Assembly (NCBI RefSeq): GCF_006345805.1
Contig: NW_021832383.1
Coordinates: 125,530-189,529, forward strand
From: Octopus sinensis
Taxonomy: Eukaryota
Reading direction: 5' to 3'
DNA: 64,000 nt
The translations under genes were made by a program, and so were the position numbers. Of the stretch, positions 50,468 to 63,329 are shown in pieces; position 1 is the stretch's first letter; the number at the start of each line of letters is the position of its first letter. Below the pieces are notes generated by a model. The model was not told the DNA's origin. It ran no database searches and saw nothing but the letters and a program-made list of their open reading frames with translations.

Positions 50468-51790
50468 CTGCACATTGCAAAACAAAGGTGAGCATTGATT
50501 TAAAGAAAGAATCCATGGCTTCCTACAACATCCAGAAAGGTCATTAGTGCTGAACCAAATACAGAAGACCAGAATTAGTAGATACAAAAAAACGAACAAA
50601 AGAGGACCAAAAGTAGAAAGCTTCCTTGGATAAACAACTGCCCTGCAAGAATATCTTCCAAGGGCAGTGATTCATGGGTCAACACCATTAACTGCCAAAA
50701 CTGCCCTACTTCACATTAGAAGCAAAATGCAGTGTGCAAGAGAGAAGACTGTGTTGGTTTGGTCGTGTTATGCAGATAGGTGCCAATACCTCCATAAAAA
50801 AGTGCTGATCTCTCAAAGAGAATGGAGCACACGTGGAAGAGGGAAGATATGTAATGAAGTGCTGAAGGGTGACCTTGGACACTGAACCTTTCAGATGAGA
50901 TGACAAAGGACCAAGATACCTGGCGCCTTGCTGTGCTTTCAAGAAGACCCAACCTCCACAGCAGAAGTGTTAAGACCATTCTTCCTGCTTCACAGAATTG
51001 GCCTGCAAGAATCTTGTGCTGGTACCATGTAATTGCTTCTGCAATGCCACATTAAAAGCACCCAGAACCTACTGCTTAGAACTCCAACTATGTCTAATTT
51101 TACATCAAGTACAAAACATAATTTGTTTACCTATCTTAATTAGCTATTAAAACACTTTTGAATAGATTACAGAGTGTATATTCAAGAGAATAAATCTGGA
51201 GATTAAGTCACAAAATTTTTTTTATGATATCATACTGAAAATCTAATTTAGTAACCAAATCTACAGTTTTATTCTGATCTTGGATATATATATATACACA
51301 CATATACACACATACGTAAAAAGCATCCATTACACTCTGTAAAGTGGTTGGTGCTAGGAAGGACATCCAGCTGTAGAAACAATGTCAAAACAGACTATGA
51401 AATGCTGTGTGGCCCCTGGCCATGCCAGTCCCTCTCAAGTCATCCAACCCATGCCAGCATGGAAAATGGATGTTAAATGTTGATGATGATGTTGATGGCT
51501 AGCCACTGGATTTGGTTAAAGAGAGACAATGAGCGATGGCTAGAAGAATATATAGTTTTATTTGATAACCATTGATCTAGTAAGCAGGACCTCATCAATG
51601 AGAAGGGCCGGTGCACAATGAAGCCACTGAGAGGTAGGCCCTGAAACAGTGTGCATTCTCTCCTGATGACCCCATACAGTTGCTGGCTTCTGGTATGCAG
51701 AGCTTTTGACTGGTAGCACTTGCATATGCAAGTTGTTTGCAAAACATATGTGGGTGTGTGAAGAAACAAGTTGAAAATGCACTGAGAATG

Positions 51791-52066
51791 TATTTATATA
51801 TAAACGGCAAAATGTCTGTGTGTGTGTGCGTGTCCTTTATACAAATCCATAATTTTTAGAGGGATCACACTTTCTATGGTCATTCAAAACCATCCAAGGG
51901 TGGTTGTGCACATCTTTACATTTCCCCAGTCACCCCGCAAAGCCATTAAAAAAAAATCAATAGAAGTGCCTTTTTTTGTGAATTTTCTATCCAAAACCCA
52001 ATCAAAATGCCTGAAACTTGATATGCCAATTGAATGCCAGCTAGCGTTGCCGGGTCATAGTGCTAG
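51791..52066 (+). mobile_element. Second, internally deleted copy of the Helitron
   Basis: Matches ~42845-43098, then jumps to GTTGCCGGGTCATAGTGCTAG|T. Confidence 0.78.
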
Positions 52067-52239
52067 TTTATATCAATATACTTAACCGGTTTCATATTTG
52101 TATGATTTTCAAAACTGTAAGACTAGAAGGATGTGCTGTAAATTGTATTGTTTATATATGCATGCACCAAAAACACAAATTCTTAAAGAAGCATATAATA
52201 TAAAATATACACATACATCCATAAACATGTAATACTTAC

Positions 52240-52403
52240 TTGACTTTGCGTTCTTCCATTTGAGGTGGTTTTGTTCTTTTCGATTTGTCCCCCATCCGGC
52301 TGCCTTCCAGTTTACCAACCAAGGATATGACTTCACCAGTGGCTTCATCACGAGCTCTTCGATCAATAAGAGATCGATCGGCTTGAAGTACAAGGTTGGA
52401 ATT
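52240..52403 (-). CDS. SNRNP200: SNRNP200 exon 2 ([25 protein letters not shown]...QMEERKV), 164 nt
   Basis: ctttcag acceptor, AA|gtaagt donor; conserved N-terminal sequence. Confidence 0.95.
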
Positions 52404-53809
52404 CTGAAAGTTGAATCAGACAAAAAGAAAGACATGTAAGTAGGAAAATGGATCAAGCAAAAGACTGAACGGGTTCTATCCTTACCAAACTAAGGTCCGG
52501 CGTTGGTTGTAAAGATAGTGAATCGTGTGTTCTTTGTTTGTAAAGAGTATTTATTTCAAAGAAAAGTGGACTTCTGGTTTAAGCACCCCTTATTACCCCC
52601 CATAACATTTTTATTTTTAGGAAATTTCAGAAAATTTTCGTGAAGTTGTGTTCTACACATGGGAATTCATGACTACAAAAAAAAAAAATATTAAGAAAAA
52701 ATATTTTTAAACCCAAGTCTTTACAAGCGGCAGATGCGTAGGTACATTAACCCTTTCAATACTGTATTTATTTTGAGAAGCTTTGGTCTTTTCATTTAAT
52801 TTTAAATATAACAAAGACTTTAGTAAAATAACTTAGTTATCATTCAGCTAGTGATAGGAACATAAATTGTGACTAAGGTTTGGCGGAAGATTTTAATTCA
52901 AAACTTAAGAAAACAAGACATCTGTACTATAGAGCCAGAGGTGGTTACAGCCGGGTTGGTAACGAAAGGGTTAAACACCAAGAATGTATAAAAAAATAGA
53001 ACATGTAGTCACTCGTCCTGCTTGAAAGAGCTGTCAAATGCCCCTCAAATAATATGCTACCTACACTTTGGATAAAGAGTACAACGAGTGGAAAAGGGTA
53101 TTATTAAAAATTGGGGAAAGTAGCAAAAATTTGACTTGGCTTTTTTTTGAATTACAGAAACAAATGAGGGAGAAAGTAAAGAATACGCACACCCTGTATT
53201 TAGGGTTAGGGTTTTTGTTACATTGAAAACGGGTGGTGTATGTATTCTTTACTTCCGCCACAAATGAGTAAATAGTTCGAAAGGTCACTGGCATAGAGCT
53301 CCTCCACGCTGGTGACCTTGTTTTTATTGGTGAATCTCTACCAGAACTAGAGAAGAAATTCCAAGTATAGAAGCACAGACTGGAATCAAATTTAGAATTA
53401 ATTTAGCAAAGACGAAAGTCTTGATAGGTAAGAAAACAGACAAGTCACAGATTGCCTTCAGGGAGATGGCCCTGCTCATACTTGTGAAGAACTGTTGAGG
53501 CAAGTGGAAATCGAAATCAAAATCGAGCAACATCAATGGAAATTGCAGCTGTGATACCAGTACCGGCGGCACGTAAAAAGCACCATCTGACCGTGGCCGT
53601 CGGCCAGCCCCATCTGGCACCTGTGCCAGTGGCACGTAAAAAGCATCCACTACACTCACAGAGTGGTTGGCATTAGGAATGGGCATCCAACCGTAGAAAC
53701 ACTGCCAGATCAGACTGGGCCTGGTGCAGCCTTCTGGCTTCCCAGACCCCAGTTGAACTGTCCAACCCATGCTAGCTTGGAGAATGGACGTTAAACGATG
53801 ATGATGATG

Positions 53810-54560
53810 TGTCAGGAGAAACTCCATACAGTGTACTTCAGTGCAAGTTATGGACATGTAAGAGGTGCAGCAGTATTACTGGAGGACTAACAGAGAAAGA
53901 AGTCCTTACAAGTGGCAGATGCGCAGACACATTAAACACCAGGAATGTGCAAAAAACAGACTCCCTCAAATGTCGAGGTGGGGTCGTTAGAAGTAGTAGA
54001 CAGTTTCTGTTACTGAGATGGGTAAGTTAGTAGTGATGGAGGTTGTTCTGAAAGCTTAGTTGTTTTAATTAAGAATAGGCTGGGCAAAGCTCAGAGAGCT
54101 CCTGCCTCTGTTGGTAATGAAGGGCCTCTCCCAAAGAGTGAAAGACAGATTATATGACGTCTGTGTATGAACAGCTATGCTACAGGGCAGTGAGACATGG
54201 GCTGTGACTGCCGAGGACATGTGAAGGCTTGAAAGAAATGAAGCCAGTATACTCAGCTAGATGAGTAATGTCAGTGCACAGATATAATGGAGAAATAATT
54301 TGTGAGAAAAACTGGGTATATGAGGCATCAGATGTTGTGTGCAAGAGAGAAGACTGCCCTGGTGTGGTCATGTAAGGCATAAGAATGAAGACAGCTGCAT
54401 CAAGAGGTACCAATACCTAAATGTAGAGGAAAGGGTAGATCCAGGAAGACATGGGATGAAGTGGTGAAAAAGGATCTTCAGGTGTTGGGACTCACATAGG
54501 GGATGACAGTGGAACGAGACTCCTGGAAGTTTGCTGTGCTTGAGAAGACACAACAAGCTA
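53810..54560 (+). mobile_element. Decayed RTE-like LINE fragment
   Basis: Frameshifted VDSFCYL...RIGWAKLRELLPLL...GSETWAVTAEDM.RLERNEAS; GRSRKTWDEVV segment also recurs at ~3650-3700(-). Confidence 0.6.
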
Positions 54561-56279
54561 ATTAAAATCATGGTTGCCCTTGCATACAGGCATGTCCCCT
54601 GCATCCTTCTCCAGATGAGCATTCCTAATGTTGTGGGCTTGTACATTGTAAAAAGTAACTGTATTGGTGCCATGTAAATACACCCATGCTGTGTAAAAAC
54701 ACTCAGCACACACTGTAAAGTGGTTGGCATTAGGAAGGGCATCCAGCCGTAGAAGCCACGGGGACTGGGAAGCTCTTTGGCAGGCCAGCTTCTGTCAAAC
54801 AATCTATGCCAGCATGGGAAATGGACGTTAAATGATAATGATATATATATATTTGGCAGAAGTTACAAAGTGATCCAAAGGCCGAAAGTTTCGTGCACTG
54901 GCATTTATCAAACTGGTTTCAAATAAGGAGGATTATATTTATATAGGCCGACTGAATGATACGTGTGCACACACATTCACACATTTTATATTATATATAT
55001 ATCCCTCTATACACAATCATACAAACCCCTTTATATAAAGTTCTCACTATACACTACTTTTATAAGTATTTGGAAGCACGAAATATTTGGCGGAACTGGG
55101 TACGTATGTATAGGGGTGAATTAAAATTTAAAAAACCAGACTGTGAAAATTGTGTGTGTAAAATCGTTATCTTGTAGTTTTAAAACAGATACTTTCGAAA
55201 GATAGTTAAAGAAAAAACTTTCTCAAATTTATATATTTTAAGAATATGTTTTCGTAGCTTCTCTCTCGCCTTTCCGTCTCGTAATACCCAAACAACTGAA
55301 TTTACCAATTTCGAAGTATTTACTTATTTGTGGCAGAAGTAAAGAATACGCACACCACCCCGTTTTCAGAGGGAACAAAAACCCTAACCACCCGGTGTTC
55401 GTATTCTTTACTTTCGCCCTCATTTCTTTCTGTAATTCAAAAAAAAAAAAAGCCAAGTCAAATGTTTACCACTTTCCCCAACTTTTAATAACACCGTTTT
55501 CCACCCGTTCTACCCCTCACCCAAAGTATTCTTACATTTTTTAAAATAAGGTAGCGTGTTATTTGAGGGGCATTTGACAGCTCTTTCGAGCAGGACGAGT
55601 GACTACATAGGCGCACTCTTATGAACAATGACCTACATTCTGCCCTCCACACCTCAGAAGATTCTGACATTTGGCGCAAATCAAATGTTAACAATATTAG
55701 CCCCCATCGTTTATAAAAATTGTGCCGATTTTTCAACACAAAGAAAACAATATTAGCTTAGAAGGCAGTAATACTTTTCTTATAATTGTTAAACTCACAA
55801 ATTTCCGTTGAAAATATCTTCATAAATTAACGGGAAGCTACTTTCGCTTTTCACCTAAAAATTCCGCTTCCACACTAAATCTTACACATAAACTTAGATA
55901 TGTTTCGACCAAAGATTGGTCCAGGCCATGTCTAACTTAATAGCACCATTACATAAAACTTCTGGGATAACAAAGAATAAAAACATCAAGGTATCTTATT
56001 GTATTAGCCTGTCTCTCAATTAAACAAATTAAGAGAAATAAATATATTAGTAATTGCTAATTGAACTCGTAGCAAGTTTACATCAGTGACGTATTTACCC
56101 TTTTACCATTCCCTTTAAAGAAAAAAATTAACCCTTTAATCTTTGATTTATCTATTACTTGTTTATTTCAAGCCTGGTACTTAATCTATCGGTTTTTTTT
56201 GCTGAACTGCTACGTTACAGATATATATATATAAACAAACAAGCACAAGTTGTTAAGCGTTGATGAGATACAAACACAC

Positions 56280-56313
<34 letters not shown>

Positions 56314-56570
56314 ATATATATATAATAATAATAAGGGTAAAATTAATTAATTAAATAATAATTCCACCAAGTAGTGGTTAGGTTTGTAAAAGACCAATAT
56401 CGGTAAATTTAAACAATATTTATTTATAATAAGGGTTAGGCAAAAGAATTTGCTTCACCACACACCGAAACTTTTGCTATTTCTAAAGTTGGGTGTGTGG
56501 TGAAGCAAATTGTTTTGCATAACACTTATTATTATATATATATATATATATACATATATATATACACACA

Positions 56571-56613
56571 CATTTCTGATGAAACTACAGGAGTAGTTGA
56601 AAGCACTAATATG
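56571..56613 (+). ncRNA. Minimal hammerhead-like motif isolated within (TA)n
   Basis: CATTT-CTGATGA-AACTAC-agga-GTAGTT-GAAA-GCAC-TA/-ATATG; perfect 6-bp stem II, one mismatch in stem I. Confidence 0.5.
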
Positions 56614-56619
56614 AAGTAA

Positions 56620-56628
56620 TAATATATG

Positions 56629-56663
<35 letters not shown>

Positions 56664-56711
56664 ATAATACATATTTTTACAACCATCCAGCATTCTGAAC
56701 ATCTTTCTTCT

Positions 56712-56742
<31 letters not shown>

Positions 56743-56897
56743 CGTTTATTCGTGGTGTCCTGTACTCATATATATATATATATATATATGTACATATACA
56801 TATAGATGTAGGTATGTACATATATGTATGTATGTTTTATTTGTTAAATTGTTATGTATATATATATATACATAAATATATATATATATAACATAAT

Positions 56898-56935
<38 letters not shown>

Positions 56936-57013
56936 CATAATTATATATATATATATACATAAATATATATATATATATATACATACACAAATATATATAT
57001 ACATACATAAATA

Positions 57014-57046
<33 letters not shown>

Positions 57047-57225
57047 CATACATATATACATACATAAATATATATATATATACATACATAAATATATATA
57101 TATATACATACATAAATATATATATATGTATATACATAAATATATATATATATGTATATACATATATACATAAATATATATATATATGTATATACATATA
57201 TACATAAATATATATATATGTATAT
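56620..57225. repeat. (TA)n/(TACA)n low-complexity tract
   Basis: Direct inspection; gives rise to the Y/I-rich spurious ORFs. Confidence 0.95.
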
Positions 57226-57499
57226 TTATGACGGGTTGCTTTCAGTTTCGGTCAACAAAATGTTTTAAGGTTTGCAAAGCAAATAAAAAAATAAAAAAAC
57301 AATATTTACTCCTCAAATCTAAGTCACTTCGGTATTCAGGTACATAAATACCGGACATCCAGTCTTAACAGAAAGCTAATTAACACCGTACGAGTCTAAT
57401 TAACGAAACACTTAATGAACAACAGCAAAACAAAACGAGAAAAGACACGTGTGGAGAGATTTGAAATATCAACAGAAAAACCGACGAAAGGATACTCAC

Positions 57500-57544
57500 T
57501 GCTTTGTACTCATATTGTAGTGATCGGGCCGCAGCATCCGCCAT
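57500..57544 (-). CDS. SNRNP200: SNRNP200 coding exon 1 (MADAAARSLQYEYKA), 45 nt
   Basis: gccATGG start context; donor GCA|gtgagt. Confidence 0.95.
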
Positions 57545-57700
57545 GGCGATCAATTAAGAAAAAATAAGAAATAGCAGTTATTAATTGGTTAATTAATTAA
57601 GAATCGAGGATAAAATTTCGCCGACTCCGTCACAACATAAATATGGCGGTAGTGAAGGTCGCTTAGAAACACTACCACGTTGTCTGTGTGTTTGCGTTTG
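57545..57700. promoter_or_regulatory. Probable 5'UTR/promoter region of SNRNP200, possibly bidirectional
   Basis: Unique, relatively CpG-containing sequence just upstream of the ATG; AAATATGGCGG (YY1-like) at ~57639-57649 on the + strand. The transcription start is not determinable from sequence. Confidence 0.4.
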
Positions 57701-58192
57701 TGTCTGTGTGTGCGTTATAGTAACTGAATAAGGTGTTTTTAAAAAAATGCTATTAAAAATTAATGTTAAAATTAAATAGATATCCTCTCTTTTTGCTTTA
57801 TGATATTTATTTGGTATTTAATTAAAGCTGCATAAAGCCATTTTAAAGTTCTACGTGTATTAGTTTATTTCGTCCGTAAGCGACCAGACATAATATCCTG
57901 TATTGTGTAAAGTCGGTGCCCGTCGTTCGCTTTTTATTTGCAGGAAGGATTTCGACGGAACTCTTAAAAGTTAATGGAATCATGTTTACATCTAAATTAA
58001 CCGGTTGTCGAGGAGTTTTATCGGGTCACACTGCAGCGTCAGTCGTAAGCTACGAACCTAGAATTTTTCGACAGAGGGGAAATCGCTTGGCGCTTTTTCG
58101 GTTGACGGTGCAAGGGAGGTCACTCTTCACGGGACTGTTCGTGCGTGTGTGATTTACTGCTATTTCAAGCATGATGGGACGTAAGACTTTAC

Positions 58193-58255
<63 letters not shown>

Positions 58256-58414
58256 AAGATAGATAGTGAGAGAGAGAGAGAGAGGGGGAGAGAAAGAGAG
58301 AGATAAAGAGTGAGTGTGTGTGTGTGCGCGTTTCTTTGAGTGTACCATGGTTATAACTCTTACTGCTATTTCTAACATGTTGGGGATTGTGAACCAGCCA
58401 TTGGTACTATGCGT

Positions 58415-58447
<33 letters not shown>

Positions 58448-58688
58448 CATACATATACACGCGCGAGCGCGCGTATATGTATATATATATATATACTCTT
58501 TTACTCTCTTTTACTTGTTTCAGTCATTTGACTGTGGCCATGCTGGAGCACCTCCTTTAGTCGAGGAAATCAACCCCAGGACTTTGTAAGCCTAGTACTT
58601 ATTCTATCGGTGCCTTTTGCCGAACCGCTAAGTTACGGAGACGTAAACACACCAGCATCGGTTGTCAAGCGATGTTGGGGGGGGGGAT

Positions 58689-58729
<41 letters not shown>

Positions 58730-58824
58730 ACACATATACGACGGGCTTCTTTCAGTTTCCGTCTACCAAATCCATTCAAAGGCTATAGTAGTAGACATTT
58801 GCCCAAGGTGCCACGCGAATTTTC

Positions 58825-58860
<36 letters not shown>

Positions 58861-59849
58861 ATCGGATTCAACATATCAAACCTCACAATTCTAGAATATT
58901 TTCTTCGCTTGGTAGATGCTTTCGTACGATGTGTTTGAAATGAAAGGCATTATTGCGGCTCAAAATCAGAACCCAAGACCGAAATCAATGACCAGCAGAC
59001 AAAAACCGATTTCCCTTTATTCCCTTTCATTTATGTGATCTCGCTGTTTTGTGAGAGAAACGATACACTACATGCATGGAGGCGCAATGGCCCAGTGGTT
59101 AGGGCAGCGGACTCGCGGTCGTAGGATCGCGGCTTCGATTCCCAGACTGAGCGTTGTGAGTGTTTATTGAGCGAAAACACCTAAAGCTCCACGAGGCTCC
59201 GGCAGGGGATGGTGGTGATCCCTGCTGTACTCTTTCACCACAACTTTCTCTCACTCTTACTTCATGTTTCTGTTGTACCTGTATTTCAAAGGGCCGGCCT
59301 TGTCACTCTCTGTGTCACGCTGAATATCCCCCGAGAACTACGTTAAGGGTACACGTGTCTGTGGAGTGCTCAGCCACTTACACGTTAATTTCACGAGCAG
59401 GCTGTTCCGTTGATTCGGATCAACCGGAACCCTCGTCGTCGTAACCGACGGAGTGCTTCTCCCCCCACACTACATGTGATCGGGTACTAACTAATACCCG
59501 TCTCCATAAGGTCCTTTCAGAAGCATTACGTTTTCTGGCTGGATTCCCAAGCATGGCCAATTAAGTCAGTGGATATTATCCAACCGTCTCGTTCTTGGTC
59601 AGTTCCTGGGTCTCTTGCCACTTGGCCCGGCTTGAAGAATCTGTTTTGAGATTCCCTCCGGCGACATTTTAATCACATGTCTGTATTATCGGAGCTGTGA
59701 CCTTTCGCCAGCAAATCGACCCCAGGACTTGTCGAACCGCTGAGTTTAGGGGACGTAAATGCACCAGCATCGGTTTTCAAGCGATGGTAGGGGCTGGGGG
59801 ACAAACACAGACACACAAACACATACACACGTATATATATGTGTACACA

Positions 59850-59889
<40 letters not shown>

Positions 59890-61101
59890 CGACGAGCTTC
59901 TTTCAGTTTCCGTCTACTAAATCCACTTTGGTCGGCCTGAGGCTATAGTAGAAGACACTTGCCCAAGGTGCCACGCAGCGGGATTGAACCCGGAACCATG
60001 TGGTTGGTAAGCAAGCTACTTACCACACAGCCACTCCTGCGATGATTTCGTCTCATAAGACTATAACATCTCAAGATTAAGAATAATGGCTTAAAATTTT
60101 AGCACACAAGGCCAGCAATTTCGGGAGAGGGAGTAAGTTATTTACATCGACCCCAGTGTTCAACTGGTACTTATTTTATCGAGCCTGAAAGGATGAAAAG
60201 CAGAGTCGACCTCGGTGGAATTTGAAGCCAGAATAATTTTGCCCGGTGTGCTAACGATTCTGCCAGTTTGCCATCAGATTTAACAAAACACTTTGGTTTA
60301 TCGTGAAAACGAAAATGAGCCTTAATATTTTCTGAAAGAAAGATTATGCGTGTTTACAGATTTAGACGTGAAATAACGAAGCCGTCGTTAACCCCCACCC
60401 CCCAAAACAGGAATGTGTTAAAGTTATTAATCTGGAAGCACTCCGTCGGTTACGACGATGAGGGTTCCGGTTGATCCGAATCAACGGAACAGCCTGCTCG
60501 TGAAATTAACGTGTAAGTGGCTGAGCACTCCACAGACACGTGCACCCTTAACGTAGTCCTCGGGGATATTCAGCGTGACACAGAGAGTGACAAGGCCGGC
60601 CCCTTGAAATACAGGTAGAACAGAAACAGGAAGTAAGAGTGAGAGAAAGTTGTGGTGAAAGAGTACAGCAGGGATCACCACCATCCCCTGCCGGAGACTC
60701 GTGGAACTTTTTGGTGTTTTCGCTCAATAAACACTCACAACGCCCGGTCTGGGAATCCAAACCGCGATCCTATGACCGCGAGTCTGCTGCCCTAACCACT
60801 GGGCCATTGCGCCTCCACTTATTAATCTACAGTACTATCAAAGCGACTGCTGCCTCCTCTCAGGTACATCAGGTATACGTAATATATTTATATGTATTAA
60901 GCTTTGGGTTGTTTAACGTAATTTTAAAAATTTTCTCGAGTCTCAGGAGTCGCTGTGTGGTAAGTAGCTTGCTTACCAACCACATGGTTCCGGGTTCAGT
61001 CCCACTGCGTGGCATCTTGGGCAAGTGTCTTCTGCTATAGCCTCGGGCCGACCAATGCCTTGTGAGTGGATTTGGTAGACGGAAACCGAAAGAAGCCTGT
61101 C

Positions 61102-61165
<64 letters not shown>

Positions 61166-61324
61166 CTCAAGATTAATCAGCCGAAATTGCTACGATGATC
61201 CGGTTCTTGACTGAAGATTGAGGGCTTCGAATGTCCCGTTCGTGTTTTTTGTATCGTTTTCTAAGTGTTTTGCGTTCTTGTCCAGTTTGTATTTTTCTAC
61301 ATATAATAATATATATATATATAT

Positions 61325-61355
<31 letters not shown>

Positions 61356-62789
61356 GTGTGCATATGTTTGTGTGTCTGTGTTTGTCCCCTAGCATTGCTT
61401 GACAACCAATGCTGGTGTGTTTACGTCCCCGTCACTTAGCGGTTCGGCAAAAGGGACCGATAGAATAAGTACTGGGCTTACCAAGAATAAGTCCCGGGGT
61501 CGATTTGTTCGACTAAAGGCGGTGCTCCAGCATGGCCGCAGTCAAATGACTGAAATAAGTAAAAGAGTAAAGAGAGTCGTCCGAAGTGTGAGGCAAACTT
61601 TATCAAGAAATAGAAATAAGCACGGTTAAAATATGAATTATCTCCACTTAGACTTGTTGCTTACAAAAGTTATCTCCCATATCAGACGTTGCTCGATAAA
61701 GTTATGACGTAGAGACGTCTTATCGTTATGACTTTAAAGCAAAGCTAAAAGCTATTTAGGCGAAGATAAAGGAAGATAAAGGAAATTGAAGCGAATAGCT
61801 AAGACTAATTTATATCTGCACATATGGGAGACAACTTCTGTAAATGACTGGAAAGTTGCAAGAGTTTACAGTATGGTTGACATCGTCGGACAGGTAGACA
61901 GAAAGGTATCAGGTTGACTGTGGGGACGGCAGAAGTTGTCTCAAAATGGCTGCGGATCAGGAAGTGTGAGCCACGGAAGGATTAATATTACTGGAGTTAG
62001 TGGTAATTGAAAACAAGCTTCGATTTGATCAAACTTTTCTGGGTCACCAAAGTAAGAGCATCTGAAGTTGAAAAAAATGAATAACCCCAATGACCCCAAG
62101 ACATATCACTGATGATGTGGCCAGATGCAACCCAGGATGATGTACAGAACAAAATCTGTAGAATACAGCTTCCTGCGACGATATTAAGGCGGCGAGCTGG
62201 CAGAAACGTTAGCACGCCGCGCGAAATGCTTAGCGGTATTTCGTCTGTCGTTACGTTCTGAGTTCAAATTCCGCCGAGGTCAACTTTGCCTTTCATCCTT
62301 TCGGGGTCGGTATAATCGACTTAATCCGTTTGTCTGTCCTTGTTTGTCCCCTTTGTGTTCATCCCCTTGTGGGTAGTAAAGAAATAGGTATTTCGTCTGT
62401 CGTTACGTTCAGAGTTCAAATTCTGCCGAGGTCGACTTTGCCTTTCATCCTTTCGGGGTCGATTAAATAAGTACCAGTTACGCACTGGGGTCGATATAAT
62501 CGACTTATTCCATTTGTCTGTCCTTGTTTGTCCCCTTTGTGTTTATCCCCTTGTGGGTAGTAAAGAAATAGGTATTTCGTCTGTCGTTACGTTCAGAGTT
62601 CAAATTCTGCCGAGGTCGACTTTGCCTTTCATCCTTTCGGGGTCGATTAAATAAGTACCAGTTACGCACTGGGGTCGATATAATCGACTTATTCCATTTG
62701 TCTGTCCTTGTTTGTCCCCTTTGTGTTTAGCCCCTTGTGGGTAGTAAAGAAAAAGGTATTTCGTCTGTCGTTACGTTCAGAGTCCAATC

Positions 62790-63180
62790 TCTTAGACACC
62801 ATTCTGAATTTGCATGGTTCCACCTCTTGCTTGTGTCGGTACTTTGTATTCACACTGTTCATACCATTCCGTTCTCGAATGTTCTAATTTCCAATGTGCT
62901 ATCGTAATGATATTCCTAGCATGGATCTGTCCCATGGCCTTTTGCATTGTAGCCAATCGCTGTTCTATCCCGTTTGACTTGCGTATAAGAGCGCAGGTAG
63001 GACGATGCTCTTGAAGTGTTTGGCACGTATGGACTTGTCCAGCTTTGTTTTGAGTAATTCCTCTCTTGAAGTAAACGCCTTCCATCCTCCCCTTATTTTC
63101 TCTGAGATTTCAGCATCCATGTCTCGGTAGTCATTCACTGTGTGCCCTAAATAGACATAACCCTTTACTTTCACGATTTA
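62790..63180 (-). mobile_element. Decayed RTE-like LINE fragment
   Basis: YVYLGHTV...EISEKIRGGWKAF...IVLPALLYASQT (ORF 62965..63174). Confidence 0.7.
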
Positions 63181-63329
63181 ATCGCTTTTTGCTTCTATAT
63201 GGCTGTGAGTTACATTTTGAACCTCATCATCTCTGTGATACTGGTTCTCAGCTAAGTGTTTTCGATATTGGGGAATAGCTGTCAGATGGGAACAAACCAG
63301 GAGAACAATGAGGATGATCAACCAGTTCA

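Noticed and set aside
56844-57205. Tyr/Ile-rich ORFs
   Set aside because: Translations of (TA)n/(TACA)n microsatellite.
59500-59640. Second exon of the putative divergent gene
   Set aside because: The minus strand reads as an RTE-like remnant (GKRPRN.PRTRRLDNI), not a host exon.
61205-61240. CTGAAGA...GAA as another hammerhead
   Set aside because: No convincing stems I/II and no GAAA; the other copy reads TTGAAGA.
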